Source of the DNA: Amoeboaphelidium protococcarum X5
Lineage: Eukaryota > Fungi > Aphelidiomycota
Direction: 5' to 3'
DNA: 64,000 bases
Assembly (NCBI GenBank): GCA_023515725.1
Contig: JALDTO010000135.1
Location: forward strand, 99,413-163,412
Part shown: piece by piece, positions 1 to 12,967 of the stretch
Layout of the letters: each line of letters starts with the position of its first letter
Numbering within the stretch: position 1 is the first letter of the stretch
The notes under the pieces: generated by a model
What the model was told of the DNA's origin: nothing
Database searches by the model: none
The model's input: the letters and a program-made list of their open reading frames with translations, nothing else
Made by a program: the position numbers and the translations under genes

Positions 1-1
1 T

Positions 2-1357
2 GGCGATGGTTGTGCCAAGTGTAAGAAGCCATTACTTCCCGGCGGTAAAGCTGTTCGTATAAATGGTTAGCTGATGCACGCCGACTGTCTCAAATGTGGT
101 AAATGCAACAAGACAATAGCCGGTGGTCAATATTTTGAAGATTAAGGTGTATGGTATGACGAGGCGTGCTATATGGATGTATTCAGTCCCAAGTGTCGCA
201 CCTGTAAGCGAGCCATTCTAACTAATGACAAGTACACCACGTACCAGAGTGAAAAGTATCATATCGATTGCTTCCCTAAATGCAGTGTGTGTAAATCCGG
301 TCTTTTGAGTGATAGTAGCGGTGATAGAGGTGTTAGATTTAAAGAGATTGATGGTGTGTTCACTTGCGACAAATGCATAGAGAAGCGTTACGATCCCGTC
401 AATAGAGAGTCTGAGTTGGCCAGACGGGAAGCGAAAGCTGGTATTGGTAACAGTGATGTATTTGATAAGTTTGGAGTCACTTATGGTACACCTGTTGCCG
501 CTAGTAAGAGCTAGAATGTATAAGGTGTGACGAATAATAATCTTTAGGCCAAGACTGAAGTACCTAACGCAAGTAATAAAACCAAAGACTTGCTATCCAA
601 GTTGAGCAATTAAATTCCGGCATCTGCTGTAAGTAATTCTTCTGTGCCTTTGAAAGTGCCTCCACCACAATCTCCTACTAAAGTTACTGAATAACCAAAG
701 ACTACTGATAGTTCCAATAACATCAAGCCTTTGGATCAGTCTTAGCCTAATAAACCAAGGAACACGTTTATACCGTCTTAGGAGTCTTTATAAAACAGTG
801 TGGGTAAAATGGACTCTAAATATAATGTTACAGGGTCTGGTGTCTCAAATACTAGTAAAGCTGTCATTGGAGATTAGTTTAAATCTACTGAGTAAACCAA
901 AGCTCCTATTGGTGAAAGTAAATCTATTCCAAAGTAGAGCAATACTGTTAGCAGCTCTGTTAAAGAAACTCCTGGTTAGAGTAAAGTTGTCCCTTCTGCT
1001 CCCAAAGCTCCTGAACAAGTGGTATCATCCTAGGAGTAGACGCCTTTGAGAAAGTCATCTAGCTCTAGTGCTCTGCCAACCAATCTGCTGGATCAGATTA
1101 GAAAATCTTCGATTGAAAAACTGAACAAGGTGGATGATGTAAGAGATGCTTCTACGCCATCATTTCTAAGAGAAGAATCTAGTTAAAATTAATCATCTGG
1201 TCTAAAGGCATCACTGTCCAAGTCTTTGAGTAAGATGAACTTGGCATCGAGTGGCGATGATCTATAGAGTGAGTTGTAGCGCTCATTAAGCTCTAAAAGG
1301 CTCGCAATGAGAGAAGCTTCACCTGAACGAGTATTTGCTGACAAGGACGATTGGTGA
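2..1357 (+). CDS. LIM-domain protein with C-terminal WH2-central-acidic (WCA/VCA) module; 5' end lies outside the window
   Basis: With TAR=Gln the frame is open from 2 to TGA 1355-1357. Zinc fingers: CAKC..HADC, CGKC..DEAC, CRTC..HIDC, CSVC..CDKC. Then a Pro/Ser/Lys-rich linker, WH2 NLLDQIRKSSIEKLNKV, amphipathic helices, and the end ..FADKDDW*. Confidence 0.85.
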
Positions 1358-1422
1358 AAGGTTTTGTGATATATTTATGAAATTCTATACTTTATGACAG
1401 CTAAATTCATTCACTAAATGGT

Positions 1423-1445
1423 TCTCTCTCTCTCTCTCTCTCTCT
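1423..1445. repeat. (TC)n microsatellite between the convergent LIM-WCA genes
   Basis: About 11 TC units, seen directly. Confidence 0.9.
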
Positions 1446-1504
1446 GTATACTGTATTCCATATGCTCTTATCAGTAGCACCATGGTAAAGTCATAGCACT
1501 AAAA

Positions 1505-3772
1505 TCAATCCCAATCATCGTCAGCCTCATTACCTCCCTCTTCAATATGCTTTCTCCTATTGTTCAAGTGTGACGATATATTGATGACAGCCTCTTCCGG
1601 TCCATCATCTTCCTCTTCAACGGCAACTTTAGCCTTCATCTTATTCAGAGACTGAGCCAGCGCAGATTACAAGCCACTCTTGCCAAAAGCACTTGCAGAC
1701 ACTTTACCTCCAGCTCCGGCAGCCACGCCTTTACCTTGCGCAGATATCGCTCCATTTCCAACGACATTATCAACTTTCTTGAGAGTCTGGACTGACGCCT
1801 TGCGAATTTGAGACAGCAAATCTCCCTTACTTTCGGGCAACGGCTCTGTGTTGGAGTGAACAAGCGGTGGCGGTGCAGACGCGGTAGATTATTATGAAGA
1901 CGGAGGTGGAGGTGGGGCAGGTAAAGACGAAGCTGACGACTATTGAGGAGGCAATGGCAACTACGCTCTCATCGAATCTGTCAGACTGTGACTTCTCTCG
2001 GGTAGTATCGGCAGAGTTGGTGGCAGCTGCGGCTTATTCTTAGGCATTGATGGTGGTGGCGGCAATCCATTCGGTAGAGAAGCTGGTGGCGGCAACTGGG
2101 TGGGAAGTATGCCAAGTGGTGGGATTTAAGCAGGTGGAGGCAGGTTATTGATCGCCACACTCTATCGGGGAGTATTGGATTTAGATGGAGTAGATATTGG
2201 TGGTGGGAGGGACTTGATGTCCGGAATAGACTATTGTGATGGCACACCAGGCTGATTTTAAAAAGATCCAGACTATGGTACCCCAAAAGCCTACTGCAAA
2301 TGATTAATAGATGGAGGCTTATTCATAGCCTATCCAGTAGGACTATTTACACCACCAGATTACACACTTTGTAAGTGCATCTTTGCCATTTTTGATGGCA
2401 GTGTCTGACTATAATCTCCATAATCCGAAAAATTCTATGGAGTGACAGATTCCACCTGTGTATTTGGTGAACTAGAGCTTGCCCGCACAGTCCCAAAAGT
2501 CTAAGTGTTAGACTAAGATCTTGTCTGAGTATTGACGCGTACGGAATTCTAACCACTTGGCAGAGGGCTTTAACTTCCTTGGAGCTGCGGTAAAGTATTA
2601 TTGCTTTAGTTTAGTGGCGTAGCAATCTTGGAGATTGGATTACTCGTAGCATACAGCTCAGGCCATATTGAAGATAGACAGTTGATGCACGCGTAATATC
2701 CCTCAGGCAATTGATCATACTACACACCTGCCAGAGACCTATTACAATTAAAACATCCCATACACTCTTGATGGAATAGCAACTCCCCAAATGGCAACAC
2801 AATTTATCCCAATGGCTTAGTACACTGATCACATACGAAGCACTCTTCGTGGTACGTGGACCCAGTAGGCAATTACAGAGTTGGCTCCAAGGGAAGTAAC
2901 TGAATCTTACAATGAGCACAGGCTGGAAGTGTAGCCTTAATGTGATCATAACATTCAGTGTGGAAATACTTTTTACGCTTGTGGACAAATTTCAGAGGCA
3001 ACACCTAATCACAGAGCCCACAAGTGAAGCATTCTTTATGAAAGTTTGAACCATCTTTTAAGCCTATAAATCCATTCCTTTGATCACAAGCCTTAGAGCA
3101 TTTAAGACAAGGCGGTCCCTGAGGTTAAAAATTTTGTTGCTGCTGTTACTGATATTACATCTGTTATTACTGTTTCTGCATCTGTTACTATTAGTGCATT
3201 TGAGGCTACTAAATCTATTGCTGCATCTGCATCTAAGGTGGAAACTATTGCTATTGCTATTATTACTACTATTACGGCCTCTATCCAGCCTACATGGCGC
3301 CATAGTTATTACCAGCAACTTGGCCCATTGCCACAGGATTTTGTTAATTCTATGCAACATTCTACTACTGAGGTTGATACGAATACATTCCAGCACCTTG
3401 CTGTTACTGTAACATATTTTACTGTGCCATAGGATTTTGCAGTGCCGCAGCTTGACCATAACCTAGAGGTGTCTGTCGTGGTACAGCAGGGGATCCTTGT
3501 TGCATCATCATCATTTACTATTATTAAGGCAGTCCAGCCATAGCGTTGGCTCCATATCCGCCGGGATTGTTATAATTCTGCATCTGTTACTACTATCCAG
3601 CATATTGTTAATTGGCACTCATCTAAGCCAGAGCCAAAGCTGGATGCTGATTACCCATCATATTATAGCCATTCTATTATCCACCCGCCATGTAGCCGCC
3701 TTACGGAGAGGGACTCTAAGGCAACGTGCTGAAACTTTATCCTGCAACTACTTCCTTCTTCTTTTTAAACAT
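1505..3772 (-). CDS. LIM-domain, proline-rich, WCA/VCA protein (about 755 aa, no intron seen)
   Basis: ATG 3772 (MFKKKKEVV) to TGA 1505 in one frame. Q-rich N-terminus, five zinc fingers (CLKC..HKEC, CGLC..HTEC, CAHC..HEEC, CDQC..HQEC, CFNC..CINC), polyproline tracts, WH2 KGDLLSQIRKASVQTLKKV, end ..HLNNRRKHIEEGNEADDDWD*. Confidence 0.85.
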
Positions 3773-3993
3773 TAATCCTTATCAATCAATTTGCAAAGTA
3801 TATAAATATCTAAAGAAGACAGGCAACTTCGATGCAGTAATAATACGAGGGGAAATAATGAGTGCCTAGTAGAAAGAGATTGATTGAAAGGTAATTAGTC
3901 TATTTATAGCATTTCATCATGGCACTGAAATTTGGGCTGAAACAGGTGAAACCTCAATCGATCAGCCGCGCGCGCGCATTCAAACACTCGGTT

Positions 3994-5038
3994 TCAGCGA
4001 GCGTACTGATTCCGAAACTGTTGTTATTATTACTGATAGAGCTGCTACTGCTGCTGCTGCTACTGCTACTACTACTAGTAATACTAACCGCCATTAACCA
4101 TTTGCGCCTGATGAGCTAGTGAGCCTTGGGATCCATAGTTATTGTGACTGTTTAAAAGGGCACTCTGAGCTGTCGGCGCTCTTTGAGGCGCACCCTACTG
4201 TGGCACATAATTCTGCGGCACTTGATACCCATACTGATTTTGCTGCACATATTGTTGTTATTGTTGCTGTTATTAAAAGTAGGCAGCATTAGCATATTAA
4301 TCCTGTGCCTATACAAATGGCTACTATCTCGGCTATGTCATTGCCGGTTATCCATAGTATTACTGTTGTGGGACTGGATCCGGATTAGAGTCGTGTTATC
4401 CATTCACAGCCGTGATCTTTTCTTCTTGCCGCATTTACTGATAGAGACACGGATCGCAAACGTAGCCACCGTCTTGTAGTTGACTGAAATTGAGACCGTT
4501 CAGGTTGCTGTTGCAGAGAGAACAAATCACGCACTACAATTGATTAAAAAATGATTATTATGTGATATTAGCAATAAATATTTATATTACCTCTTGATGA
4601 TAAAATAAGCTATTATTCTAATAAAATCTATCGGATAATTACTGGCCACATCCATCGCAGACGAAGCATCTTGCGTGAAACTTCATATCATTTCCCAGCA
4701 CAACGCTAACCTCGCTACCAATTATTGGCCCTTCGCACTTGAAACATTTAGGCGCCGTTGCTTTGGCATTGGCATAACACTACATACGGGCAACTTTAAA
4801 TATAGAGAATTAAAATACCAATATAAATAACATAGTGCCATACCTCTGTATGATAATATTTCCCATTTTTAAAAGCGAATTTCAATGGCATCTCATTTTA
4901 ACAAATGTCACAAGTGAAACACTGACGGTGAAACGATGTGCCATCTCGCAACGCTATGAAGGCTTCATCTTCGCATTACTGCTGACATTTTGTACAGTAT
5001 GTCGTTGCTTAATTTACACTTTATTAATTCTAATACAT
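3994..5038 (-). CDS. LIM-domain protein (2.5 LIM) with Gln/Tyr-rich tail; exons 5038-4844, 4779-4591, 4533-3994
   Basis: MYQNQQSVNQATTYCTKC...; GT..TGTAG introns 4843-4780 and 4590-4534 restore the LIM cysteines. The LIM region resembles the 1505-3772 gene (FIALRDGTSFHRQCFTC vs FIGLKDGSNFHKECFTC). Ends QFRNQYAR*. Confidence 0.85.
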
Positions 5039-5287
5039 TTTCTTAATGGTTTGTATTTATTTTTGAGTTGTTGTTGTGAATGATGAAAAGCGGGGTTTCA
5101 GTTATCAGGCCATTAATTTGATTCTGGAATAGTCTAAAAATACCCTTTGAAGTCAACTTCACCTTTCATCGATCGCATTTTCGTTTTAAAGAGGTTATGT
5201 GTGATATGCACAACCGCTGGATGCTATGAAAAAGATAATAACTTTAAAGTAACGTACTAAATAATCATATTCTATTCTACGAGATTT

Positions 5288-6619
5288 TCAATTGTTAGCC
5301 CCATTGTTAATCAAAATCTGACGCGTGTCTATCAGAGACATGTCAGTGATATTCTTAAACAGCAAATACTTGCTTTCAGGAAGATCTTTCAGAACTTTGT
5401 TAAAGCGACCTTGACGATTCTTTATCCAACCGACAGCTGGCGAAATGCGAATAGTCTGCAAAGCAATTTACGAAGCAAACTCCGGGTTCAACATAATGCC
5501 AGTCTAGAACTCTGGGTCCTTCATGACGCTGTCACCGCTCAAGATGTAAGTCCTGTTAGGCATTCTTCTAAACAACTTTGCGAACGCGTCAGTTTTCAAT
5601 TGTTAAGAATTCACAATAGATAGAGTCTTGGATAACTCTGCAGGAGAGTCGATATTCACGGAGAATTTGTTTACAGCGACCGGACCAAACGGAATACTAA
5701 AATTCTTGACAAAAGCGAGATTAGCAGATGCCATTGGCCATGGACCAGCACTCAAGAAGTAGAACATTGGCATACTAAAATTGTCACCAGAGTGAGGAAT
5801 GCTATCGTTATACCATCTCTATACCTATTGGACAACGCCAGGTACGGGGACGTATTTGCGGAATAAAAGAGATTTGATTGCTTCCAAACCTCTGCCATAC
5901 AACTTCAGAGTTTCGTCGACATCAAAGACAACAGTCAGCCCTTTCTAACCGTGCAGAAATAATTCAGCACTGGTACTTAAACCTTCAAATTAACCATTGA
6001 CAGCCAGCTATGATCCATCGTAATATCCATTAACTTCAATTAGAAGGTCGAGCTCAATAAATCCATCTTAAGCTGTAATAGCCTCAACAGCCGTCGAGTT
6101 GTATGAGACGACGCGATTTTCCGCAACGGAAGAGGTGGCATTTAATATACGCACAGACTTGCGATCATTCACGTTGGAGCTCAAGTCTAAGCGGACAGAG
6201 CGGTTATTCAGATCCTCAGCGAAAAAGTGTTTGAAGTTGTTGAACTGCAATGTCTTTTCCAGTGGAGGGAGGTAAGAATCAGGGCCATAATCATCATTGT
6301 CAATGTCGACGAAGGATTGAAATCTGGCAAAATTTCCAGCGTCATCTGTATACTGCAAAGCAACGGCTTATACATGTACAGAGTAAACTCTTGGACATGC
6401 ATGTTCAGAAGTGCACGGCAGCTAATACTTCAACACACCATATGACGGGAATAGCACCAGGTCCTTTTAGCCAAATGGCATCTAACTAAAATTCTCAAAT
6501 TCACGGCTATTGATATCATGACGCCCAAACAACGCGCCAATATCGATAGCAATCACCGAATTGATGTACAATCCGGCAATTATTGATGCAGCTAGTGTCA
6601 GATTCAAAAATGTCTTCAT
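5288..6619 (-). CDS. App1-like (DUF2183, HAD-fold) phosphatidate phosphatase with predicted signal peptide, 443 aa
   Basis: Hydrophobic N-terminus MKTFLNLTLAASIIAGLYINSVIA; DxDxT motif VVFDVDETLK; YFLSAGPWP; YILSGDSVMKDPE, comparable to App1 GDSGEKDPE. Confidence 0.7.
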
Positions 6620-6896
6620 ATGTAAAATTCCAGAATATATCGTAAAATATTTATTTCATAAGAAAATGATCCCATGATGTAAGGGTGGGCGCCGCCGCTT
6701 CAACCTTCAGGGGCTGAATCTAGATCAATGCGTTTCATGCTTGTTGAAGGAGCAATTAAACACGGACAGATGACAACGATATAAAAGCTAGTTTATTCAT
6801 ATTCATAATGCATTTATACCAAGTCTAAGAACTCAAGTATTATTTAACGCGTGGATCTGCTTATTTTATGCTCACTATATGCTATATAAACTCAGA

Positions 6897-8280
<1,384 letters not shown>

Positions 8281-8806
8281 TATTCGTGATCTTGACTTAT
8301 ACAATAGAATGTTCCAATGTCGCGATCAGTTTTGTCAAATCTTTTTTTTGATTCTGATAACGATCTAGACTTTATAGCTCTCACCAGAGCGTCATTGCAT
8401 AACTCCGATCAATCACTGTGACAGCTGGATTACTTCAAACGAGACTTTTAAAGCACCAAATCATTCGGATATAATCTATGCAAATTTAACTAATGCCTAG
8501 AAATGAGATTTCTATTTTAATTCCAAATGGACCGTTCATTACTCTTCGCCCACTGCTTCATCTAATCGTAATCTTTACTCTGGAATTGAGGTTAGGAGTT
8601 CTACTTCTTATATATTCTGTACTGTATATATACGGTATATATTATTTCTTTTTAATGAAAATTGCAGATATGAACTATATAAATAAAAACCTTTGCGATA
8701 AGAATTTGATAGTATCATTTACCGTACATCGTGATCATGGAAACATCATAAAACTGTTGTATCATATTCTAGCCCGTTATATAATTCATAAGCATCAATT
8801 CAGACT

Positions 8807-9640
8807 TCAACATACTGTAAATGAACTGTCAGATAGAAAATTTTCATCTTTGACTTCCAAATCATCAGGGCTGGAGAACAGGGACGCCTTGACACCAATA
8901 CTTTTAAGGAACTATATCATTTCTTCAGTGAATTCAGAATGTGGGATGATAATGTATGCTTTGCCATTTGACGTCGAAGGCAAAGTACCGCTATGAATAT
9001 GAGCTGATGTTTTTTGTTGAACTTAACAGCAAACCATAGCCTGATTATCTGTATGTGGTCCACGGCTGATTTTTCCCCACTCGTCTGCCGTATAAACATC
9101 AGGAAGCTTTTTTTGCGTCAATGGTTGTCCTTTGCGAATCAAATCAACAAACCCATCATCGTCAACTTGATTTAGAGTCTTTCTGGCTTTGCGGATGTCC
9201 CAATCTTCTCCTTCCACGCCATCCTTTGCTTCTAGCACGTCTCTAATGGTCGCGCCACTCGTGAACCGGTAACTAAAATCATAAAACTCCGCAAGTCTTT
9301 TGGCAATGGCATCCAGTACTTGCGGCAAGAAGCCTCTACACTCATTCTCCTGGTAGTCACTTGACGGCTAGATGCCAGAACAGAGGCAGTCTATACAATG
9401 AGAGGATTGAATCTAGAATTTCCTTCCAAATGCCTGGAGGGAGAATCTCCGACATCAATTTCAGTAGTTCCATCAGGTTGGTAGACGGTGATAAACGTAT
9501 TTCTAGGGATGTTGAGTTGGGGTTTCCTTCCTGATTTCCTTGATAAGATCATCCACATCATTGAGTCCATCGATAGTGATTTTGGTCGGACCATAGGTCT
9601 TTAATGATGACTTGTGCTATACCCAAATCTTTTTAGACAT
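8807..9640 (-). pseudogene. Crinkler(CRN)-like effector gene interrupted by at least two frameshifts
   Basis: MSKKIWVQHK..IDGLNDVDDLIKEIRKE /fs/ PQLNIP..TVYQPDG..GNSRFNPLIV resembles the ubiquitin-like CRN header of zoosporic fungi. A second frameshift near 9320 precedes LDAIAKRLAEFYDF...; ends TGA 8807. Family call is from motif memory only. Confidence 0.5.
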
Positions 9641-9719
9641 TTTTTGAAATTGATTTTTGTATTTTCGCCGGAAGATTAAAGAAAAATTTCGGTAAGCATT
9701 GTCCCTGTATACTCAGTCG

Positions 9720-10240
9720 TTTTCATTATGTCGTCAAACCAACGCTGCAAGGCGATACTAGAAGCATTCGCTGTACCGTACGTAAGCCCCTCTCCTCCTT
9801 CAGCTTTACTGGCACAGCGCTACCTCAAAAATAAGCAAATAATCTCGGGAGCTTAATCTGAGATCTCCTTGGGATCGACTCTCACATTGTCTTGAGCACA
9901 GAATTTCATCCAAAATCTATGATGACTCTGGTAAGAGTTAGTCGACTTATAGGATAAGCCTGACCTGGTTGTACTTGCACTATTAGCAACCAACTTGTGA
10001 ACTCTGCTACGCATTTTTTACTGCTCACCCAGCTCTATACTCTCCTCAATGGACTTCCCCGCACGATTCTTATACTTTTTCACAGAACCACCATACCCGC
10101 CGCGTTATTCACTACCTGAGCGTTTTTAGTGCTAGATCCAAATATGACTCTTTGACTCTTACTTCAAAGGCTTATTATCAAATAATTACTACTGACTGAT
10201 AGAAATGGGATGTAAATGAAACTGATAACCAGTTATGCAA
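9720..10240 (-). mobile_element. Possible remnant of a tyrosine-recombinase (Crypton-like) element, N-terminal core-binding region only
   Basis: Open frame ..STNSYQSHHRFWMKFCAQDNVRVDPKEISDQAPEIICLFLRQRCASKAEGGEGLTYGTANASSIALQRWFD resembles SAM-like domains of fungal DNA breaking-rejoining enzymes. No catalytic R-H-R-Y region and no clear start codon. Confidence 0.35.
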
Positions 10241-11112
10241 ATAATATTTAATCAGGATTAATCTAATTGTTTCGGGATACGATTGGCGATCAGGATATAC
10301 AATCTACTAGACAATGGATGTTTACTGTAAATCCTTTTGAGTGAGAGAATTCATGCAACGTGAAACGCCAAACGGACGGCAGTTTGGCAGCACTTCACTG
10401 TTACACGGAAACAGTCGTCTGTGTGGTGCTGTGCATTAGTAAAACATGTAAAATTCTTAGACTTTCAAATACTGCATTATGAGAAGATGTAAAATGAGTC
10501 GGTCTTTTGTTCAGATTCATATCTCAACTGTAGACCAGTGAAATGCCCGTGTGAGGTATCTGCATACTCTGCTTCCGGTAAGCATAGTATCTTCATACTG
10601 GCCGCAGTTCTCTAACCCGCGCAATTAATAACAATGTTCAACGTCTGGCGCTGACACCGTCGAGTAACATCAGATGAAAGTTATATATATATTTGAAGGA
10701 AGTTTGATGCTCTTTAAGAATATATCAATTTCGAGAACTGAAAATTAGTTAGTGACTTAGTCGTGCAGTACGTGCATGTGCCGCACCTCCTATATGCTGG
10801 TGGTGAAACTATGCGAGGAGACGTGATACGAATACGTGGATTTCACTGGCGTGCAGAGCGTATGCTGAAACATGGGAAATGAGAATTTTAGATAATAGGA
10901 GTTGTAAAGAAGTATAGTATATAGGTAGTGTCGCTCTGCTTACCGAGTCTCTGCTTCTATATAAAAGAAACTCCAATATAACGCCGTCGAACGGCAGCCA
11001 TGCTTCTCTTTGGAACAAAAGTGCTTTGTCAATCATATTTTGTTTAGTTGTTCGGTTTGCTCTTACTTTTCCGCCAAGTTTAATTCTCCAAATCTATAAC
11101 AGTGACACCTAT

Positions 11113-11487
11113 ATGACTTCAGAAGAACCTTTTCAAGTGCCGGATCCAACGAGTATACCGCCTCCATAATATGACAACTTCATTAGTGTTGATGAATTGG
11201 CCAAGTTCGATGGAATTCAAGACACGGGCAAGATCTACGTGGCGATCAAGGGTATAGTCTTTGATGTAAGTAGCAAGCGGGAGATGTATGGAAAGGGAAA
11301 GGGTTATAATGTATTTGCAGGCAGAGATGCATCATGTGCTCTTGGTAAAAGTTCTCTTAAGCCCGAGGACGTGAAAGCTGATTACTCTGAGTTGACTGTG
11401 GATTAACTGAAAGTGCTGGATGATTGGATGGAATATTTTAAGAAGAGGTATCCCATTGTGGGAACTGTTATGAATGCCAAGCAGTGA
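11113..11487 (+). CDS. Cytochrome b5-like heme/steroid-binding protein (MAPR/Dap1 family), 124 aa
   Basis: IYVAIKGIVFDVS..YGKGKGYNVFAGRDASCALG..D[TAA=Q]LKVLDDWMEYFKKRYPIVG. Confidence 0.9.
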
Positions 11488-11580
11488 TTCTCCATCAGTG
11501 ATAGTGAGTTTAATATAAATGTTTATACATGAAAATGAAATTTAAAAGTGAGTTGCAATTTATCTACAGTATTTATTCAT

Positions 11581-12459
11581 TCATTGTTGTGTATTCCCAG
11601 ACGCTGCGTCACTTTAAAGTGGTAAATGCCGCAAAGGACCGCTGTCGTCATGTTAAATGATCACGTCCATCTATGGGCGTTATAATAGACTTTGGACTGT
11701 CTGTACATTACTATCATCGTCGTTAAATAGTAAAGCTTGTAACTTTTTATCTATATTCTTCAAAATCGATTAGCTTATGTTCTAACCACCTTATGGCTAA
11801 AATCCATCTCGTTCCACGCGTAAAGAATCGGCATTGACTGATGTATTCGCATACAAAGCCAAGAGAGTATCGTTCTTTGGTGGAATATCCGGTAACCAAC
11901 ACAATCCAAATTGTTACTGCTACGAGGTGAGCTCTCTCTCATCCCTCGGCTACTTTTAATCAGGACCATTAACATCATGCAATGATTGTTCAGCATTATT
12001 TACAGATTAGCTACTTTTCTATAGAATCTAATTAATCTAATCTTTCGAATACATTTCTAATTCGGCAGTAAAGTCTAGTAATTCTTCCAAGTCAAATAAA
12101 GCATTATGCAATCCAGATGAAGAAGTTATAGCATTATGAGCAACACCTTGTCCATATTACTATTGTTACTGTAAAAAAGTTTAACTCTGATTCTTTTAAT
12201 TGACAGAAGTGAGTGCATGGCGAATATCTAATATAGAAGAGAGTTATCTATGACTCAGCTCGGACAACCGTTTACAAGTGAGACCCATCCGCTGAATGAA
12301 TAAGAGGTACAAATCAACCAACACTTCCAGAGCCTGCGTGGATATTCTATCAAACTATTTGACATTTCGCCGATCCAGCTAGAGGTGTACAGGCTTTACT
12401 AAAATCTACAAAAGTAAAGCACTCTTCACTATATATCTGTAATGTCGATCTTCGGTCAT
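11581..12459 (-). CDS. Bromodomain-associated (BTP) histone-fold protein, TAF8-like, 292 aa
   Basis: FDRISTQALEVLVDLYLLFIQRMGLTCKRLSELSHR..LDIRHAL (BTP fold); WLPDIPPK resembles the TAF8 C-terminal LPxFP motif. Confidence 0.65.
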
Positions 12460-12967
12460 TGTCAATGCTACCCAGAAAAGTGAACGCTGAATATCGACGA
12501 TGCACGGAACGAAAACTCAATTAAAGAAACACGGATGAACTTAGCATGCAGTAAACAGTAAGAACTCTCTCCATCGTCTCTAATTTACCAATAAAATATA
12601 TAAAGAGAAAAGGAGTTTGAAAATGATTATTACAATCAGAAAAGTTTATAGACAATTAAAGGACAATGATTCTCAACTAATAACTAATAACAAGCATTGA
12701 AATCGCGTTAAACAATGATGGGCTCTCTCAGAAAGTCGCGTCACGCGTGTCGCAGTTTGAAACTTCCTGATTGGAATTGTTTCACGGAGGCCAAGTGACG
12801 TAATCCACAGTGTAAATCGCGTGTAGAATTTCCTGTTTCGATCATAAATACTCTCAACTGTCCCCAGCCTTCTTCCTTTTACAGACACTCTGAGCTCTTA
12901 CTAATATTCTCGATTAGTTTTGAATTCGTACCTTATACTCCGCTCTACTCTTGGTATATAAACATAA

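Noticed and set aside
3080-4479. Leu-rich plus-strand ORFs in the supplied track
   Set aside because: They are antisense shadows of Gln-rich minus-strand LIM genes.
8493-8996. 167-aa standard-code ORF on the plus strand
   Set aside because: AT-rich, no motif, and partly antisense to the CRN-like locus.
10400-11040. Possible small spliced minus-strand gene (ATG near 11001, GTAAGC donor near 10943)
   Set aside because: I could not build a consistent frame or recognise a product.
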